Source: an uncultured Chitinophaga sp. (GTDB lineage Bacteria; Bacteroidota; Bacteroidia; UKL13-3). From it: 64,000 nucleotides of DNA. A program made the position numbers and the translations under genes. Every line of letters starts with the position of its first letter. The stretch's first letter is position 1. Shown piece by piece: positions 1-9,322 of this stretch. Under the pieces are notes generated by a model that was not told where the DNA came from, ran no database searches, and saw only the letters and a program-made list of their open reading frames with translations. Location: NCBI GenBank assembly GCA_964355075.1, contig CAYHCF010000003.1:1861-65860 (forward strand), read 5' to 3'.

Positions 1-1
1 T

Positions 2-613
2 GGCGTAAGTAAAACTTCGGGGAAGACCACAAACACGCTTGTAATAAGTACCATTGATGGAATGATATTGGATGTTCCCGTTAAAGAGGGGAGCAGTGTG
101 ATTGAAAGCAATACTTTTAATGAAGGAACAACCATTGCCATTGTGGCCGATATGGGTGAAATGATTTTTGAAGGTAAGGTGGATGAAAGTGAGGTGGGGA
201 AAATTAAAACCGGAATGGATTTAATCTTAACAGTTGGAGCCATTGATATCGAAAAATTCGCCGCGAATCTTGAATATATTTCCCCAAAAGGGATAAAGGA
301 AAATGGGGCAATTCAGTTTCAGATAAAGGCCAAAGTTGAATTGAAGAAAAACACTTTCCTTCGTGCAGGATATAGTGCCAATGCCGATATTGTCTTAGCC
401 AGAAAGGACAGTGTTCTGGGGCTATCTGAATCCGTCCTCCAGTTTGATAAAGACGGCACCTTTGTTGAAGTGGAAACTACTCCCCAAACTTTCGAAAAAC
501 GCTATATCAAAACCGGTTTAAGTGATGGGATTAATATTGAAATTTTAGAGGGAGTTACCTCTAAAGATAAAATCAAAGATCCGAATATTCCGATAGAGGA
601 GGGGAAGAAATAA
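2..613 (+). CDS. Efflux RND transporter periplasmic adaptor subunit (HlyD/MacA-like), C-terminal portion. The reading frame is open from the window edge, so the 5' end is truncated.
   Basis: No stop codon in frame 2 upstream of the Met at 62. The C-terminal beta-barrel/MP-proximal region resembles membrane-fusion-protein adaptors (..IDGMILDVPVKEGSSV.., ..RYIKTGLSDG..). Confidence 0.6.
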   Translation, partial: GVSKTSGKTTNTLVISTIDGMILDVPVKEGSSVIESNTFNEGTTIAIVADMGEMIFEGKVDESEVGKIKTGMDLILTVGAIDIEKFAANLEYISPKGIKENGAIQFQIKAKVELKKNTFLRAGYSANADIVLARKDSVLGLSESVLQFDKDGTFVEVETTPQTFEKRYIKTGLSDGINIEILEGVTSKDKIKDPNIPIEEGKK

Positions 614-628
614 ATTTTAGATAAAATA

Positions 629-668
629 AAGGCCGCTTAATCATGAGAGATTAAGCGGCCTTTATTTA
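629..668. terminator. Bidirectional intrinsic terminator between the convergent adaptor gene and paralog A.
   Basis: Perfect inverted repeat ggccgcttaat / attaagcggcc (631-660) with an 8-nt loop, flanked by A-run and T-run (aaataaa..tttattt). Confidence 0.7.
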
Positions 669-690
669 AAGAGCTATTAAAAACGCACAA

Positions 691-3600
691 TTAATTCACC
701 TGCAATTTCTTCATATATATTGCATCTCCGGTTTGAACCTTTAACAGGTAGAATCCTTTGGGTGAAGTTTGAAGATCAATTTCTTCTGTTTGTAAATTAT
801 TTTTACTGATGGTTTTATGCATCACTTCTTTGCCCAGCATATCCAAAATAAATAGCTGAACATCTTCCTTCTGAACATCCGCCAGACGAACATAAATCAA
901 ACCATTACTTGGATTAGGATATACACTCATTAGGTTCTCAATATTCATTATATCACTAATGCCAGAAGGGCCTTCTTTTAATACATTTATTCTTCTTACC
1001 GCCTCCTCAGATTCATTGCCCGACAAATCTTTTACCTTACACCTCACACTAAATATACCAACTCCATTACCAAATGGCTTAAAATTAGAATTCAGCGGCA
1101 AATTATTTGTGCATATAAGGAATGGACGCATTTCTAAATCTGTATTGTAATTGTCTGTCAACTGCACCGGAGGATCAATGTATTCCTTCCATCTTGGAAG
1201 ATTTATTTCGGTAATGTTCAACAGGTTAATAACAGGTTTGGTGGTATCCACCACTCTTATCTCCCTGCTCACCGAATCCTGGTTTCCGGATGGATCGGTG
1301 GCAATATACCAGATGGTGTAACTGCCCAGAACATTCATGTTTACTGCGCCTTTTTTAGTTACCACGATGGTATTGGTTGGCCAGTAATTATCGGATACCG
1401 TCACCCATGGATCTGCAAATCCACTGAATACCTCTGCGGTCATCGGACTGTTTCCATTCAGGTAAATATTGGGCACTTTTGTGTCTCTTACCCGCACTTC
1501 CACTGCTACCTCATAGCCAATATTTCCGCTTCCGTCCCTTAAATTATACAAGATCAAATAAGTGCCTACCTTGTTCACATCCACCGAACCCTGCCAGGTT
1601 AATACCAGGGCATTTGCTGACCAGAAATTATCGTTTTTTCCAACTACTTTTGCCAGGTCAATGGCCGAACCAACCTGCTGAATGTAAATGTTATTGAGCG
1701 GTGGAACAATAACAGGTCTGGTAGTATCTCCAACAACGATTGCCCTGCTTGCTGTTTTGAAGAAACCAAATGCATCTGTTATCACATAACCGATGCTGTA
1801 TGCACCCAGTTTTGAAGTATCCAGATTACTGCTTACTACTACCTGACTGCTGATATCCATTCCCTGATTGTCTTTGGCAACATAACCCGGTTCAGTATAT
1901 TTTTTGTAAACTTCAACATACATGCTTGCCGAACCATTCAGGGTCAGACTCGGGCCGGTTTGATTGAGTATCACATACACGGTTCTGTTCAGGGTATCAC
2001 TCACATTTCCATACAGATCTTTTACAATATAGCGCAGGTAATTGGGTCCCACTTTGCTGGTATCTACCGTCCCAATTGTTATATATTTACTGCTGATATC
2101 TCCCTCAATATTGTCCATGGATATTACGCCCGGATCTACAAAAGCTTTGTGAATTTCGGTAGTAAAGGATGAACTGCCATTCAATGAAATGCTTGGTTTT
2201 ACGGTATCCATTGGAAAGTTCACTATATAATCTCTGAATACACCCAAAAACAAGACACTCGGATTCAGTTGGGTACCGGCATAGCTTACACCTACTCTCA
2301 ATCGGGTGCCGCCTAATTGCTGGGTGCCGCTGATGGAAATCGTATCTGTTTTCTGCAAGATATTGCTGGCCATGTCGTTCATCACCAACTCATCAATGGT
2401 AAACAAACCATCCATGTTTCTGTCTAACCATGCTTTTCTGTCCATCGGACTGCTGATACCCGGACGGGCAATCTTTAAGACATGTTTCATGCCTCTGTAC
2501 ATATTAGCTGATTGGTTGCCCAATACCATCTGATAGCAAGGCGTAAATGAATTTACTGCGGTATCTAAACCACTTTGTAACTGAACCCGGCTAATCCCGA
2601 TACTGCCATCGGCCAGACCAATATCTGTTAAACACTGTGGCTGATCGTAAGCACCAATATTGATATAATCAACCTTGATCAGCGAATCGGTACCAAATTG
2701 ATTGGTTGCAACCAGTTTTACGGTGTATTTGGTTCTTTGGGTAAAGCGGATGATCGGATTGCGGCTGGTTACCACATTGCCCACTTTTACTGTTCCCATG
2801 ATGGCCTGATAATTTCCACCGGTAATGATCCAGTTCCATACACTCGGTCCAAACAAACTCTGATCGGTAAACCGGAAGGTATCGGTATTAAATCCCTGAA
2901 CTTTATCTACTGTAAATCTTACCAAAGGTTTTTGGTTGGTAGGCAGGAACAATACATTTTTACAACTGGTATCTGCACCCAAACAGTTATAGGTTACCAA
3001 ACATATTTTACGGTAAACGGGAGAGCTTACCACAAAGGTTCTGGTGGCAGTAGGTCCTGTGGAATCATAACCGTTTAAGCCATCGGTATCCCATGAGTAT
3101 TGCATGAGGGTTCCTGTTGAGGTATTTGAATACTGAACCGGCTGGTTATGATAAATGGTATCGGGCACCACAATATGAGATTGTGGAATGCCATAACTCG
3201 CTCCCTTAATAGCCCACCTGATCGAGAAGCCTGCTGAATCATATGGATTTGGTATGGTTCCGTTGCCGGTCATAAATCTTAAAAACAAGCGGTTGCCACC
3301 CCTGATTCCATTATTGATAATGGCTTGTGGCAATACCCCCACACTGGCAGCTCCCAGTTTTCCGATGATAGGTGCGCTTTGACTCGTTCCGTTATGGATA
3401 ACGAGTGTATCGGTTGGCAACATCTTAATGCGATCCACAAATAAAAAGATACTATCGGCGCAAGGATTTAGCAGAAAGCCCGGGCAGCCCGATACCTGCG
3501 ACCTTGTATAAGAGAAGGCCGGTCCACTCGGACCAAACACAAAGCCCTGATCCCAGCTACTACTGGTTGAGCCACTGCCACTGCACATATTTACACTATT

Positions 3601-4827
3601 GATAACCTCTATATAGTTTTGCTTGCATATCGTATCCCATCCCCGGGCATTCCATACCTGGAGGCAGATGGCATATTTACCCGGAAAGCCTCCAAACAAG
3701 AGTGGGTTCTGACCGAGTGGATTAGAGAAGAAATTGGCAAAATACGGATTGGGTACATTCGTTACATCCGGCACGATCGTCCAGTACCATTGGTTTGGGC
3801 CGTAGGAGCTTATATCCACCATGGAGGCATAATCGGCAATACCGATCTTGGTTCGGGCCGAAAAGAAATTAGGTACTGGTGCTCTGCTAGGTGTATCCAC
3901 CCAAATGTATTTTACGATGCTATCGCGCAGGGAATCTCTTTTGTAGGCATTGATAGAAAGCAGGCGAACCGGCCAGAAACCTCTTCTGCCAAAAGTATAT
4001 CTGAATTTTGAACTGTATTTAGCGGTATCAATATAGAGTTGTGAAGTAAAGCCCACATTGGTTCGGGCATAACCCGGGTTCAGAGTTGTTTCTCCGGGTA
4101 GATCCCAATAACTCCGGGTTGTACTGGTACTGGTAGCTACCAAATCAAACGGACTATTTATCCAAACAGTATCGGTGGGTATGGAGCTGGTGGTGGCCTG
4201 ACTTGGGAAAAAGTTAGCGATGGGTGGAAGTAAAACATTAGAACCAATAATGGTTACGTTATAATCTTCTGTTTCGGTCCAATCAACAATATTGCCACAA
4301 TTCTCGGATTGAACGAAGGGGCCTCCGGGAGCACCGCCTCTGTAATTCTGCCAATTTCCTCTAACTCTTAAACGAGTTACTCCTGGAGTTGCGGTTACGG
4401 GTATTGTAACAGTAGTTGCCCATAATTGTGCTGTTGGTAAAGTTCCATATGCACCCGGAGAAAAATAGACAAATTCTCCCGGATCATTGAAATCCATATC
4501 AATATTAAAGTCAATCCAAACTCCAAAGCCATTTGGTTTTGTTGAACTTCCCTGAACAGTCATATTATAAGTATTTCCGGGGAATACCGAAGTAGTTTGT
4601 GCCCATCGGGTATAATATGGAGCCGTTGCATTGCAACCTGAAGCCAGATTTGATAAAGTACTGAAAGTAAAATTATTGATATAATCATTTGTGCCACAAC
4701 CGGCATAGGTGGCACTTACCGTACAATAGGGGGCGGGATCTGTTGAAATTACCTGCCCTTTTACCTGATTAAATATTGATAAAACAACGAAAATCAAGAT
4801 TGAGTAATGTATATATTTTGATTTCAT
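691..4827 (-). CDS. T9SS cargo protein, paralog A (1378 aa). Signal peptide, GEVED-type N-terminal head, PKD-like modules, four DUF5011-like Ig repeats and a type-A Por_Secre_tail C-terminal domain.
   Basis: N-terminus MKSKYIHYSILIFVVLSIF is a signal peptide. The head has GEVED hallmarks (VWIDFNIDMDFNDPGEF, TRLRVR, WTETEDYNVTI). The C-terminus (..MSVYPNPSNGLIYVRLADVQKEDVQLFILDMLGKEV..KGFYLLKVQTGDAIYMKKLQVN) matches the T9SS sorting domain. Repeats of the pattern P-I-L-NG..V..G..Y.EPG..A.D..G-D-S..V......GsY...Y...D..GN fit the DUF5011 Ig-like fold. Confidence 0.85.
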   Translation of the reverse strand: MKSKYIHYSILIFVVLSIFNQVKGQVISTDPAPYCTVSATYAGCGTNDYINNFTFSTLSNLASGCNATAPYYTRWAQTTSVFPGNTYNMTVQGSSTKPNGFGVWIDFNIDMDFNDPGEFVYFSPGAYGTLPTAQLWATTVTIPVTATPGVTRLRVRGNWQNYRGGAPGGPFVQSENCGNIVDWTETEDYNVTIIGSNVLLPPIANFFPSQATTSSIPTDTVWINSPFDLVATSTSTTRSYWDLPGETTLNPGYARTNVGFTSQLYIDTAKYSSKFRYTFGRRGFWPVRLLSINAYKRDSLRDSIVKYIWVDTPSRAPVPNFFSARTKIGIADYASMVDISSYGPNQWYWTIVPDVTNVPNPYFANFFSNPLGQNPLLFGGFPGKYAICLQVWNARGWDTICKQNYIEVINSVNMCSGSGSTSSSWDQGFVFGPSGPAFSYTRSQVSGCPGFLLNPCADSIFLFVDRIKMLPTDTLVIHNGTSQSAPIIGKLGAASVGVLPQAIINNGIRGGNRLFLRFMTGNGTIPNPYDSAGFSIRWAIKGASYGIPQSHIVVPDTIYHNQPVQYSNTSTGTLMQYSWDTDGLNGYDSTGPTATRTFVVSSPVYRKICLVTYNCLGADTSCKNVLFLPTNQKPLVRFTVDKVQGFNTDTFRFTDQSLFGPSVWNWIITGGNYQAIMGTVKVGNVVTSRNPIIRFTQRTKYTVKLVATNQFGTDSLIKVDYINIGAYDQPQCLTDIGLADGSIGISRVQLQSGLDTAVNSFTPCYQMVLGNQSANMYRGMKHVLKIARPGISSPMDRKAWLDRNMDGLFTIDELVMNDMASNILQKTDTISISGTQQLGGTRLRVGVSYAGTQLNPSVLFLGVFRDYIVNFPMDTVKPSISLNGSSSFTTEIHKAFVDPGVISMDNIEGDISSKYITIGTVDTSKVGPNYLRYIVKDLYGNVSDTLNRTVYVILNQTGPSLTLNGSASMYVEVYKKYTEPGYVAKDNQGMDISSQVVVSSNLDTSKLGAYSIGYVITDAFGFFKTASRAIVVGDTTRPVIVPPLNNIYIQQVGSAIDLAKVVGKNDNFWSANALVLTWQGSVDVNKVGTYLILYNLRDGSGNIGYEVAVEVRVRDTKVPNIYLNGNSPMTAEVFSGFADPWVTVSDNYWPTNTIVVTKKGAVNMNVLGSYTIWYIATDPSGNQDSVSREIRVVDTTKPVINLLNITEINLPRWKEYIDPPVQLTDNYNTDLEMRPFLICTNNLPLNSNFKPFGNGVGIFSVRCKVKDLSGNESEEAVRRINVLKEGPSGISDIMNIENLMSVYPNPSNGLIYVRLADVQKEDVQLFILDMLGKEVMHKTISKNNLQTEEIDLQTSPKGFYLLKVQTGDAIYMKKLQVN

Positions 4828-4921
4828 AAAACTGAATTAGAATTCAATAATATGAAATAATACTCAAAGTTCTTTTTTAAAAATAAAGATATTCAAAAAT
4901 AAAAGATACGGTTGTTTGTTT

Positions 4922-4970
4922 TGAAAAAAATTGAAAAGATCAGCTAATTGAAAAATTAGCCGATCTTTTA
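4922..4970 (-). terminator. Intrinsic terminator downstream of paralog B.
   Basis: Hairpin aaaagatcagctaatt / aattagccgatctttt (one mismatch) with a 5-nt loop, followed on the minus strand by a T7 run. Confidence 0.65.
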
Positions 4971-4984
4971 CCATATGATTTAAA

Positions 4985-7900
4985 TTAGTTCACCTGCAAT
5001 TTTTTCATATAAACACGGTCTCCGGTTTGAACCTTTAACAGGTAGAATCCTTTTGGTGAAGTTTGAAGATCGATTTCTTCTGTTTGTAAATTATTTTTGC
5101 TGATCGTTTTATGCATCACTTCTTTTCCCAGCATATCCAAAACAAATAGCTGAACATCTTCCTTCTGAACATCGGCCAAACGAACGTGAATCATTCCATT
5201 GCTCGGGTTCGGATATACACTCATCAATTTGTCAATATTCATTATGTCTGTTAAACCGCTGGGTCCTACATATAAAGAACGAATAGCCTCATCAGATTCA
5301 TTGCCCGATAAATCCTTTACTTTATAGCGAACACTGTACAAACCAATATCATGTGCAAAGGGTTTTCCATTTTGCAATGGCAAACTATTTATTGCCACCA
5401 AATTTGCCCGCATCTGTGCATCGGTATTGTAATTATCTACCAACTGTACCGGAGCATCCACATATTCTGTCCACTGAGGAACGTTCACATCGGTAATGTT
5501 CAACAGGTTTACAACAGGTTTGGTGGTATCCACCACTCTTATCTCCCTGCTCACCGAATCCTGGTTTCCGGATGGATCGGTGGCAATATACCAGATGGTA
5601 TAGCTTCCCAAAACATTCATATTCACTGCGCCTTTTTTTGTTACCACGATGGTATTGGATGGCCAGTAATTATCGGATACCGTCACCCATGGATCTGCAA
5701 ATCCACTGAATACCTCTATGGTCATCGGGCTGCTTCCATTCAGGTAAATATTGGGCGATTTTGTGTCTCTTACCCGCACTTCTACTGCTACCTCATAGCC
5801 AATATTTCCGCTTCCGTCTCTTAAATTATACAAGATCAAATAAGTGCCTACCTTGTTTACATCTACCGAACCAATCCAGGTTAATACCAAGGTATTTGCT
5901 GACCAGAAATTATCGGTTTTTCCAACTACTTTTGCCAGATCAATGGCCGAACCCACCTGTTGAATGTAAATGTTATTTAGCGGTGGAACAATAACCGGTC
6001 TTGTGGTATCTCCAACAATGATTGCCCTGCTGGCAGATTTGTAGAATCCAAATGCATCTGTGATCACATAACTGATGCTGTATGAACCCAGCTTTGAAGT
6101 ATCCAGATTACTGCTTACTACTACCTGACTGCTGATATCCATTCCCTGATTGTCTTTGGCAACATAACCCGGTTCAGTATATTTTTTGTAAACTTCAACA
6201 TACATGCTTGCCGAACCATTCAGGGTCAGACTCGGGCCGGTTTGATTGAGTATCACATACACGGTTCTGTTCAGGGTATCACTCACATTTCCATACAGAT
6301 CTTTTACAATATAGCGCAGGTAATTGGGTCCCACTTTGCTGGTATCTACCGTCCCAATTGTTATATATTTACTGCTGATATCTCCCTCAATATTGTCCAT
6401 GGATATTACGCCCGGATCTACAAAAGCTTTGTGTACTTCGGTAGCATAGGCAGAGCTGCCATTCAATGAAATGCTTGGTTTTACGGTATCCATCGGGAAG
6501 TTCACTACATAATCTCTGAATACACCCAAAAACAAGACACTTGGATTCAGTTGGGTACCTGCATAGGTAACACCTACTCTCAATCGGGTGCCTCCTAATT
6601 GCTGGGTTCCACTGATGGAAATCGTATCTATTTTCTGCAAAATATTGCTGGCCATGTCGTTCATCACCAACTCATCATTGGTAAATAAACCATCCATGTT
6701 TCTGTCTAACCAGGCTTTTCTGTCCATAGGACTGCTGATACCCGGACGCGCAATCTTTAAGACATGTTTCATGCCTCTGTACATATTAGCTGATTGGTTG
6801 CCCAATACCATCTGATAGCAAGGCGTAAATGAATTTACTGCGGTATCTAAACCACTTTGTAACTGAACCCGGCTAATCCCGATACTGCCATCGGCCAGAC
6901 CAATATCTGTTAAACACTGTGGCTGATCGTAAGCACCAATATTGATATAATCAACCTTGATCAGCGAATCGGTACCAAATTGATTGGTTGCAACCAGTTT
7001 TACGGTGTATTTGGTTCTTTGGGTAAAGCGGATGATCGGATTGCGGCTGGTTACCACATTGCCCACTTTTACTGTTCCCATGATGGCCTGATAATTTCCA
7101 CCGGTAATGATCCAGTTCCATACACTCGGTCCAAACAAACTCTGATCGGTAAACCGGAAGGTATCGGTATTAAATCCCTGAACTTTATCTACTGTAAATC
7201 TTACCAAAGGTTTTTGGTTGGTAGGCAGGAACAATACATTTTTACAACTGGTATCTGCACCCAAACAGTTATAGGTTACCAAACATATTTTACGGTAAAC
7301 GGGAGAGCTTACCACAAAGGTTCTGGTGGCAGTAGGTCCTGTGGAATCATAACCGTTTAAGCCATCGGTATCCCATGAGTATTGCATGAGGGTTCCTGTT
7401 GAGGTATTTGAATACTGAACCGGCTGGTTATGATAAATGGTATCGGGCACCACAATATGAGATTGTGGAATGCCATAACTCGCTCCCTTAATAGCCCACC
7501 TGATCGAGAAGCCTGCTGAATCATATGGATTTGGTATGGTTCCGTTGCCGGTCATAAATCTTAAAAACAAGCGGTTGCCACCCCTGATTCCATTATTGAT
7601 AATGGCTTGTGGCAATACCCCCACACTGGCAGCTCCCAGTTTTCCGATGATAGGTGCGCTTTGACTCGTTCCGTTATGGATAACGAGTGTATCGGTTGGC
7701 AACATCTTAATGCGATCCACAAATAAAAAGATACTATCGGCGCAAGGATTTAGCAGAAAGCCCGGGCAGCCCGATACCTGCGACCTTGTATAAGAGAAGG
7801 CCGGTCCACTCGGACCAAACACAAAGCCCTGATCCCAGCTACTACTGGTTGAGCCACTGCCACTGCACATATTTACACTATTGATAACCTCTATATAGTT

Positions 7901-9124
7901 TTGCTTGCATATCGTATCCCATCCCCGGGCATTCCATACCTGGAGGCAGATGGCATATTTACCCGGAAAGCCTCCAAACAAGAGTGGGTTCTGACCGAGT
8001 GGATTAGAGAAGAAATTGGCAAAATACGGATTGGGTACATTCGTTACATCCGGCACGATCGTCCAGTACCATTGGTTTGGGCCGTAGGAGCTTATATCCA
8101 CCATGGAGGCATAATCGGCAATACCGATCTTGGTTCGGGCCGAAAAGAAATTAGGCACAGGCGCTCTGCTGGGTGTATCCACCCATATGTATTTTACGAT
8201 GCTGTCGCGCAAGGAATCTCGTTTGTAATCATTAACCGAAAGCAGGCGAACCGGCCAAAATCCTCTCCTTCCAAAAGTATATCTGAATTTTGAGCTGTAT
8301 TTAGCGGTATCAATATATTGTTGTGAAGTAAAGGCTACATTGGTTCTGGCATAACCAGGGTTCAGAGTTGTTTCTCCGGGTAAATCCCAGAAACTTCTGC
8401 TTGCATTGGTACTGGTAGCAACCAAATCAAAGGGACTATTTATCCAAACGGTATCGGTAGGTGTAGAGCTGGTAGTGGCCTGACTTGGGAAGAAGTTGGC
8501 GATGGGGGGTAAAGGAATACCACCAGGTCCGGTTAATGTTTCATCTATACCAAAATCAAAAACATTTGCATCCTGACCTGAGTATGTAAATGTACAGGAT
8601 GCTGCATTAATGTAAGATCTTCTGCCAGCACCTGATCCATTATTAATGGTAAGCATTGAAGTTGTCGTTGATGCACACTGCGAAACATCCACTATTAAAC
8701 TGAGTGAAGTATTATAGGCAAAAGGTGTAGTTAACGTAATGCCCATCCAGCCGTTGGCATCAGATGAACCACTATAAGAAGGGGATGAAAATGCTGTTGT
8801 AAAAGGTCCAGTATAAATACTGGTTGGAAGGGAAGTTATTGTTGACTGACCCAGCTTAATGGTTAAGGTAGTCCAGGTTCCCGATGTAGAAGGTGTGACC
8901 TTAAAATAAACTTTGGTAATAAACCCATTATAGGCACTAATAATTTCATTGGGAGCAATTAGGTATTGGGTTTCTTTCCCAGCTGCTGTAGCCCATGGAA
9001 AACTATTGCTTGGAGAGCCAGCATTACTGTTATAATACTGGGGAGTTTGAGAATTTACGTTTAAACAAATTATGAATTGAAATACAATAAATAAATATAT
9101 GTATCTTTTGTTTATGTTTTTCAT
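4985..9124 (-). CDS. T9SS cargo protein, paralog B (1379 aa). Unrecognised Ser/Thr-rich beta-type N-terminal head of about 200 aa on the shared body, with a T9SS C-terminal domain.
   Basis: Signal peptide MKNINKRYIYLFIVFQFIICLNVNSQ. The body from LPPIANFFPSQATTSS onward is near-identical in DNA sequence to paralogs A and C. The C-terminal domain is ..VYPNPSNGMIHVRLADVQKEDVQLFVLDMLGKEV..YMKKLQVN. Confidence 0.85.
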   Translation of the reverse strand: MKNINKRYIYLFIVFQFIICLNVNSQTPQYYNSNAGSPSNSFPWATAAGKETQYLIAPNEIISAYNGFITKVYFKVTPSTSGTWTTLTIKLGQSTITSLPTSIYTGPFTTAFSSPSYSGSSDANGWMGITLTTPFAYNTSLSLIVDVSQCASTTTSMLTINNGSGAGRRSYINAASCTFTYSGQDANVFDFGIDETLTGPGGIPLPPIANFFPSQATTSSTPTDTVWINSPFDLVATSTNASRSFWDLPGETTLNPGYARTNVAFTSQQYIDTAKYSSKFRYTFGRRGFWPVRLLSVNDYKRDSLRDSIVKYIWVDTPSRAPVPNFFSARTKIGIADYASMVDISSYGPNQWYWTIVPDVTNVPNPYFANFFSNPLGQNPLLFGGFPGKYAICLQVWNARGWDTICKQNYIEVINSVNMCSGSGSTSSSWDQGFVFGPSGPAFSYTRSQVSGCPGFLLNPCADSIFLFVDRIKMLPTDTLVIHNGTSQSAPIIGKLGAASVGVLPQAIINNGIRGGNRLFLRFMTGNGTIPNPYDSAGFSIRWAIKGASYGIPQSHIVVPDTIYHNQPVQYSNTSTGTLMQYSWDTDGLNGYDSTGPTATRTFVVSSPVYRKICLVTYNCLGADTSCKNVLFLPTNQKPLVRFTVDKVQGFNTDTFRFTDQSLFGPSVWNWIITGGNYQAIMGTVKVGNVVTSRNPIIRFTQRTKYTVKLVATNQFGTDSLIKVDYINIGAYDQPQCLTDIGLADGSIGISRVQLQSGLDTAVNSFTPCYQMVLGNQSANMYRGMKHVLKIARPGISSPMDRKAWLDRNMDGLFTNDELVMNDMASNILQKIDTISISGTQQLGGTRLRVGVTYAGTQLNPSVLFLGVFRDYVVNFPMDTVKPSISLNGSSAYATEVHKAFVDPGVISMDNIEGDISSKYITIGTVDTSKVGPNYLRYIVKDLYGNVSDTLNRTVYVILNQTGPSLTLNGSASMYVEVYKKYTEPGYVAKDNQGMDISSQVVVSSNLDTSKLGSYSISYVITDAFGFYKSASRAIIVGDTTRPVIVPPLNNIYIQQVGSAIDLAKVVGKTDNFWSANTLVLTWIGSVDVNKVGTYLILYNLRDGSGNIGYEVAVEVRVRDTKSPNIYLNGSSPMTIEVFSGFADPWVTVSDNYWPSNTIVVTKKGAVNMNVLGSYTIWYIATDPSGNQDSVSREIRVVDTTKPVVNLLNITDVNVPQWTEYVDAPVQLVDNYNTDAQMRANLVAINSLPLQNGKPFAHDIGLYSVRYKVKDLSGNESDEAIRSLYVGPSGLTDIMNIDKLMSVYPNPSNGMIHVRLADVQKEDVQLFVLDMLGKEVMHKTISKNNLQTEEIDLQTSPKGFYLLKVQTGDRVYMKKLQVN

Positions 9125-9240
9125 GATATTAAGTTTATTAAATTAATCCACTAAATTAATAATAACATCCTAAATGTCAATAGAAAAGGCAATAAAGTTA
9201 TAAACTTTAAACTTCCTGTTAAACCTCTGTTCTTTTGGGT

Positions 9241-9284
9241 TAAAATTAAAAGACAGGTCAATCCTTACGGATTAGCCTGTCTTT
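9241..9284 (-). terminator. Intrinsic terminator downstream of paralog C.
   Basis: Hairpin aagacaggtcaatcc / ggattagcctgtctt with a 4-nt loop. A T-rich tract follows on the minus strand. Confidence 0.55.
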
Positions 9285-9322
9285 GTAAAACTAATATATC
9301 AATAAATTGCTTCTAAATTCGA